Positions 17,155 through 19,684 of a stretch of 19,684 bases of DNA are shown here, in pieces. The stretch is from Acutalibacteraceae bacterium. GTDB taxonomy: Bacteria; Bacillota; Clostridia; Oscillospirales; Acutalibacteraceae. The notes below the pieces were generated by a model. The model saw nothing but the letters and a program-made list of their open reading frames with translations. It was not told the DNA's origin and searched no databases. The stretch is from the NCBI GenBank assembly GCA_045643805.1, contig JAZRFT010000006.1, positions 1 through 19,684 on the forward strand, in the 5' to 3' direction. The translations under genes and the position numbers were made by a program. Each line of letters opens with the position of its first letter. Position 1 is the first letter of the stretch.

Positions 17155-17354
17155 TAATTTTTCACCTTGCTTTCAAAGGTGAATTTTATCTCCGTGGGGG
17201 TATCATCAAAATACCCTATGCGTTCAAGGAACTTCTATCTCTGCTCCTCAAGGTTCTGTTCCGGGCTTTGTCCGTTTACCTGATACCAATACCAATCAGG
17301 AACCATGCCACGGTTTCTCCAAAACTATAACATTTGCAATTCTTCCTTATTCAT
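17154..17354 (-). CDS. 66-codon ORF containing two in-frame TAG codons (hypothetical; intact only with amber readthrough)
   Basis: MNKEELQML*FWRNRGMVPDWYWYQVNGQSPEQNLEEQR*KFLERIGYFDDTPTEIKFTFESKVKN, with TAG at 17325-17327 and 17235-17237. GAAGGAG lies 7 nt upstream of the ATG at 17354. There is no TAA/TGA until the terminal TAA (17154-17156). Confidence 0.45.
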
Positions 17355-17374
17355 AAAATTTCTCCTTCCATAAT

Positions 17375-17785
17375 CTAATCAAGGGATATATTCAATGCTC
17401 CCTTGTTGTTTGTATTCTTCCGCCAATTTTCCTCTGTCGGTATCTGACAATTCAATGAGGGCATAAACAAGCGGATATAATAACCTTCTCTTTCTCCAAT
17501 TTCTTCCTCAATTTCTTCTTTTGTCTGACTTTTGGCAGAATACAAAACATTGAATTTCACATTATATCTTCTTCTCTTGGCTTCCGCAAGAACCTTGTAT
17601 TTGTTCTCTTTTGGATTTGACATTGAAACCCAATGTTCTGCCATGCGGTAAAGCATATTCGTGCTTTTACCTACATAAACGATTTTGTTGTTTATGCTTA
17701 TTGAGTAAATCCCTGCGGTCAGGAACTTCTGACTCCAACTTTGCTATAAATATTTATTGTAGATGTTATCAACATATCTTCCCAT
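17375..17785 (-). CDS. GIY-YIG nuclease with an in-frame TAG at codon 14 (pseudogene under the standard code)
   Basis: GGAG lies 7 nt upstream of the ATG at 17785. The frame reads MGRYVDNIYNKYL*QSWSQKFLTAGIYSISINNKIVYVGKSTNMLYRMAEHW..., with TAG at 17744-17746. The GIY...YVG...R..H and E...N blocks are present. The ORF-track start at 17656 would delete the GIY motif. The nominal stop is TAG 17375-17377; readthrough adds 7 codons to a TGA at 17351-17353. Confidence 0.6.
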
Positions 17786-17803
17786 GTTTTTTCTCCTTTA
17801 CTC

Positions 17804-18358
17804 TTAAAATTTAAAGTTGCCGTTTTCATCCGTGAAATCATCCTTCACTCTTGGATTATTCGACTTTATAGTATTTAGATTTTTATTATTAGAATTTATA
17901 TTATTGCTTATATTATTATGCGTATTATCATTATCCCCTAAAGGGGTATTATCAGAATCTGAAGGGGTATTTTCAATGTCAGATGAAGGGGTATTATCAA
18001 TGTCCGCCGCAGTTTTGTAGATTGCATCATAATCAACAATGATTTCGCCCGTCTGACCGTTTTTGCTTGGCTTATGGATTATCCAACCTTTTTCAACCAA
18101 TGATTTTCTTGCACTCTTATATGTAGTTTCAGACATTCCGCAACGGCTCATAACTGTTGCTTCAGGAACGGCAAAACTACCATTATCAGCATTACCGGTC
18201 AGGAACAATATCAATTTCAACTATGCTCCTTCTTTTCCGGTCAGACCGTTGAAAATTATTGCTTCAAGGTCATTGGTTCTGATTGCCATGCCCCACTTTT
18301 TGTCCCTGTTCTTTTCGCCTTTAGATTTCAGTAAAGGTGCCTGATTGAAATTCCCCAT
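17804..18358 (-). CDS. Winged-helix replication-initiator-like protein (phage O / HTH_36-like N-domain) with an in-frame TAG at codon 46
   Basis: The ATG at 18358 is preceded by GGAGGG. The frame reads MGNFNQAPLLKSKGEKNRDKKWGMAIRTNDLEAIIFNGLTGKEGA*LKLILFLTGNADNGSFAVPEATVMSRCGMSETTYKSARKSLVEKGWII..., with TAG at 18221-18223. The C-terminus is a low-complexity Asn/Asp tail with DNTP repeats. The ORF track begins at the TTG immediately after the TAG. Confidence 0.6.
17940..18004 (-). repeat. Degenerate tandem repeats inside the initiator-like gene (encode (D/E)NTP units)
   Basis: GAAGGGGTATTTTCAATGTC (17961-17980) and GAAGGGGTATTATCAATGTC (17985-18004) match at 19/20 positions. A partial third copy AAGGGGTATTATCA lies at 17941-17954. 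Confidence 0.6.
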
Positions 18359-18383
18359 TTCCGCAAACCCTCCAACTTTTAAT

Positions 18384-18509
18384 CTATTCACAGGCGAACC
18401 TGATAAACTGACTTGTATTCATATTGAATTTTTTTGCCGTCTCTTGGATTGCTTCTTTTTCACAATCCGTCAGGCGAAGGTCTAATTTTTTATTGCGTTT
18501 TTTATTCAC
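18384..18509 (-). CDS. Ribbon-helix-helix (MobC/CopG-like) protein, 41 aa to a TAG (below the ORF-track cutoff)
   Basis: AAGGAG lies 7 nt upstream of the GTG at 18509. MNKKRNKKLDLRLTDCEKEAIQETAKKFNMNTSQFIRFACE has a beta-strand/helix/helix pattern typical of RHH accessory proteins. It ends at TAG 18384-18386; readthrough would add 20 codons to a TAA at 18321-18323. Confidence 0.5.
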   Translation of the reverse strand: MNKKRNKKLDLRLTDCEKEAIQETAKKFNMNTSQFIRFACE

Positions 18510-18578
18510 TTCTTTTCTCCTTATTACTTGAAAATTTTTATAAATGAAGTATCAGTTTTTGTCCTGACTTCTATATAA

Positions 18579-18607
18579 ATTATAACAAAATTTTTTAATA
18601 AAATCAA
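18579..18607 (-). promoter_or_regulatory. Strong sigma-A type promoter of the RHH/initiator/GIY-YIG operon
   Basis: On the minus strand TTGATT (18607-18602), 17 nt, extended -10 TGTTATAAT (-10 hexamer at 18584-18579). The -35 box overlaps the 16-bp repeat copy B. Confidence 0.6.
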
Positions 18608-18620
18608 AATGAGGGCGGTT
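18605..18620 (+). repeat. Copy B of the 16-bp exact direct repeat CAAAATGAGGGCGGTT
   Basis: Identical to 16734-16749. Lies between the upstream terminator and the -35 box of the operon promoter. Confidence 0.8.
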
Positions 18621-18625
18621 CATCC

Positions 18626-18664
18626 AAAACAAAAACACCACTGAATTTGTTAAAATCAGCGGTG
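18626..18664 (-). terminator. Rho-independent terminator after the 158-aa paralog gene
   Basis: On the minus strand, stem CACCGCTGA / TCAGTGGTG (one mismatch, 18636-18664), followed by TTTTTGTTTT. Confidence 0.65.
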
Positions 18665-18699
18665 ATCTTGCGTTATTCAATTTCATGGGTTTGTTCCTT

Positions 18700-19176
18700 T
18701 CAGGCAACATCATCAAGCTCGGTGTTTTCTGCTTCCTTATCCGCAAATTCTTTTGCATTCAGCACTTCAGGTTCATTGTGAAAATAAAACAAAGGGTTCT
18801 TTCTGAACTCCGGGAACTGTGCAACAAACCACTTGCGAACAAGAGCATATTTGTTGGTCTGAATTACACCGGCATAGTATTTGAGAAAATTGTATTCTGC
18901 CATATATTCATCAGCACGGGAAAGTGAAGACATGAACTTTTCCATTCTTTCAAACTTCAGATTTTTGAACTGATTGCACTTGAAAGTTTCATTGTTCTGA
19001 TTGGTATATTTTTTCGGTCTCTTGTGCGTTCTTCTCAAAACCACAATACCGGGAACTTCATCAATGACCTTTTTATAAAACTTGTATTCCTCTGAAGAAA
19101 AATCCTGCATCTTATCTTCAAAATCCTTTGTGATTGTAAGTGTCTTCTTGATAAAATCAATCTTAAACTTTTCCAT
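18700..19176 (-). CDS. Hypothetical protein, paralog 2 of a tandem pair
   Basis: The ORF is open from a GTG at 19188, but AAGGTGGA lies 8 nt upstream of the ATG at 19176 (MEKFKIDFIKK...), which matches the N-terminus of the neighbouring paralog. Shares the VRKWF block. Confidence 0.6.
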   Translation of the reverse strand: MEKFKIDFIKKTLTITKDFEDKMQDFSSEEYKFYKKVIDEVPGIVVLRRTHKRPKKYTNQNNETFKCNQFKNLKFERMEKFMSSLSRADEYMAEYNFLKYYAGVIQTNKYALVRKWFVAQFPEFRKNPLFYFHNEPEVLNAKEFADKEAENTELDDVA

Positions 19177-19197
19177 TGTTATATCCACCTTTCTTTA

Positions 19198-19644
19198 TTA
19201 TGCACCCTCTTTTTGTGAAACTGCACTGACTTTTACTTTTACTGATTTTCTTGCTTCAGCAATGTTTCTGATAGTTCTTGACTCTCGGATTATCTTCTTT
19301 TCCTTCTTAACATTAAAGGTTTCACCGTCTACCTTATAAGTATCAAGGAACCACTTTCTGACTGTGGGGAACTTATTGTTCTTGTCGATTGCTTCAAATT
19401 CAGGCATACGGTCAGGATCATTAAGTGTGATATACTCTCTGATGAATGAACGGTTTAAACCTTCATAAGTTGTCTTCTTTTTCTCTGCTTCTGTAATCTT
19501 AAGTTCGAAGCCTGCGTTTTCTGACATGAGGGTTGTTAACTCTGCGAGTTCCTTTTCATAGCCTCTGCCGGCACGGTTGAAGGCTCTTTCTGAACCTCTG
19601 ATTTCCTTGTTGATAAAGTCCACTGTAAAGAATTTTGTTTTCAT
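19198..19644 (-). CDS. Hypothetical protein, paralog 1 of a tandem pair
   Basis: 148-aa ORF (MKTKFFTVDFINK...TVRKWFLDTY...) with AAAGGA upstream. No recognisable domain. Confidence 0.6.
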   Translation of the reverse strand: MKTKFFTVDFINKEIRGSERAFNRAGRGYEKELAELTTLMSENAGFELKITEAEKKKTTYEGLNRSFIREYITLNDPDRMPEFEAIDKNNKFPTVRKWFLDTYKVDGETFNVKKEKKIIRESRTIRNIAEARKSVKVKVSAVSQKEGA

Positions 19645-19684
19645 AGCATTATTTCCTTTCCGTGAGGTTTACTATTTTTTATTT

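Larger units (their letters stand above)
11205..19684. mobile_element. Integrated mobile element (integrative/mobilisable element or phage-plasmid-like island) at the 3' end of tRNA-Thr; right end outside the window
   Basis: A tyrosine integrase gene starts about 85-105 nt after the tRNA. It is followed by R-M, a WYL regulator, a serine recombinase, a switch-type HTH, and RHH / initiator-like / GIY-YIG genes. Base composition changes (AT-rich R-M block). No housekeeping genes. Confidence 0.75.

Noticed and set aside
16903-17330. Plus-strand ORFs 16903-17091 and 17049-17330.
   Set aside because: They run through a perfect minus-strand terminator and are antisense to two coupled minus-strand small genes. 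They have no SD sites and hydrophobic nonsense-like translations.
18218-18223. Treating the TAG at 18221 as a true stop, with an independent TTG-start gene at 18220 (as in the ORF track).
   Set aside because: Not fully excluded, because AGGAG lies 5 nt upstream of the TTG. However, the residues on both sides of the TAG together form one O-type/HTH_36-like winged-helix pattern, so a single interrupted gene explains the sequence better.
17154-18509. Pyrrolysine as the explanation for the in-frame TAGs.
   Set aside because: There are no pyl genes or methylamine methyltransferases in the window, and the affected genes are mobile-element functions. It cannot be excluded without the whole genome, so it is listed only as a check.
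17611-18927. ORFs 17611-17814, 17817-18020, 18063-18344, 18552-18758 and 18685-18927.
   Set aside because: They are antisense to or overlap the GIY-YIG, initiator-like and paralog genes, or span the promoter/terminator region. None has a recognisable motif.
1-19684. CRISPR arrays, rRNA genes, IS elements with terminal inverted repeats, and an attR copy of the tRNA 3' end.
   Set aside because: I saw no regularly spaced repeat-spacer pattern, no rRNA signatures, no transposase ORF and no second copy of the tRNA-Thr 3' segment within the window.

Overview
The window looks like a Clostridia-type (Firmicutes) chromosome. The first ~11.2 kb is ordinary host DNA: an MBL-fold hydrolase, a small SLOG-like protein and a type-A RNase P RNA on the minus strand. 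Next come an LCP cell-wall transferase and a tightly coupled six-gene minus-strand operon (PI-PLC-like phosphodiesterase, GH4 glycosidase, small unknown protein, PHP phosphoesterase, GPH sugar:cation symporter, zinc-ribbon peptide). The host part ends with a small hypothetical gene, a B12-binding radical SAM enzyme and tRNA-Thr(GGU). From the tRNA 3' end to the window edge (~8.5 kb, incomplete) lies an integrated mobile element. It carries a tyrosine integrase, a WYL regulator, a visibly AT-rich type II R-M pair and a small serine recombinase module. It also carries a divergent HTH switch with three palindromic operators and a minus-strand replication/mobilisation-like operon (RHH protein, phage-O-like winged-helix protein, GIY-YIG nuclease, two small proteins). 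The most interesting signal is in that last operon. Its ORFs have good ribosome-binding sites and coupled stop/start junctions, but are coherent only if six in-frame TAG codons are read through. No TAA, TGA or frameshift interrupts them, and no other CDS in the window ends in TAG. This points to amber suppression or stop-codon recoding gating the module, with coordinated nonsense inactivation as the alternative. A 16-bp exact direct repeat brackets this operon. No suppressor tRNA is visible in the window.
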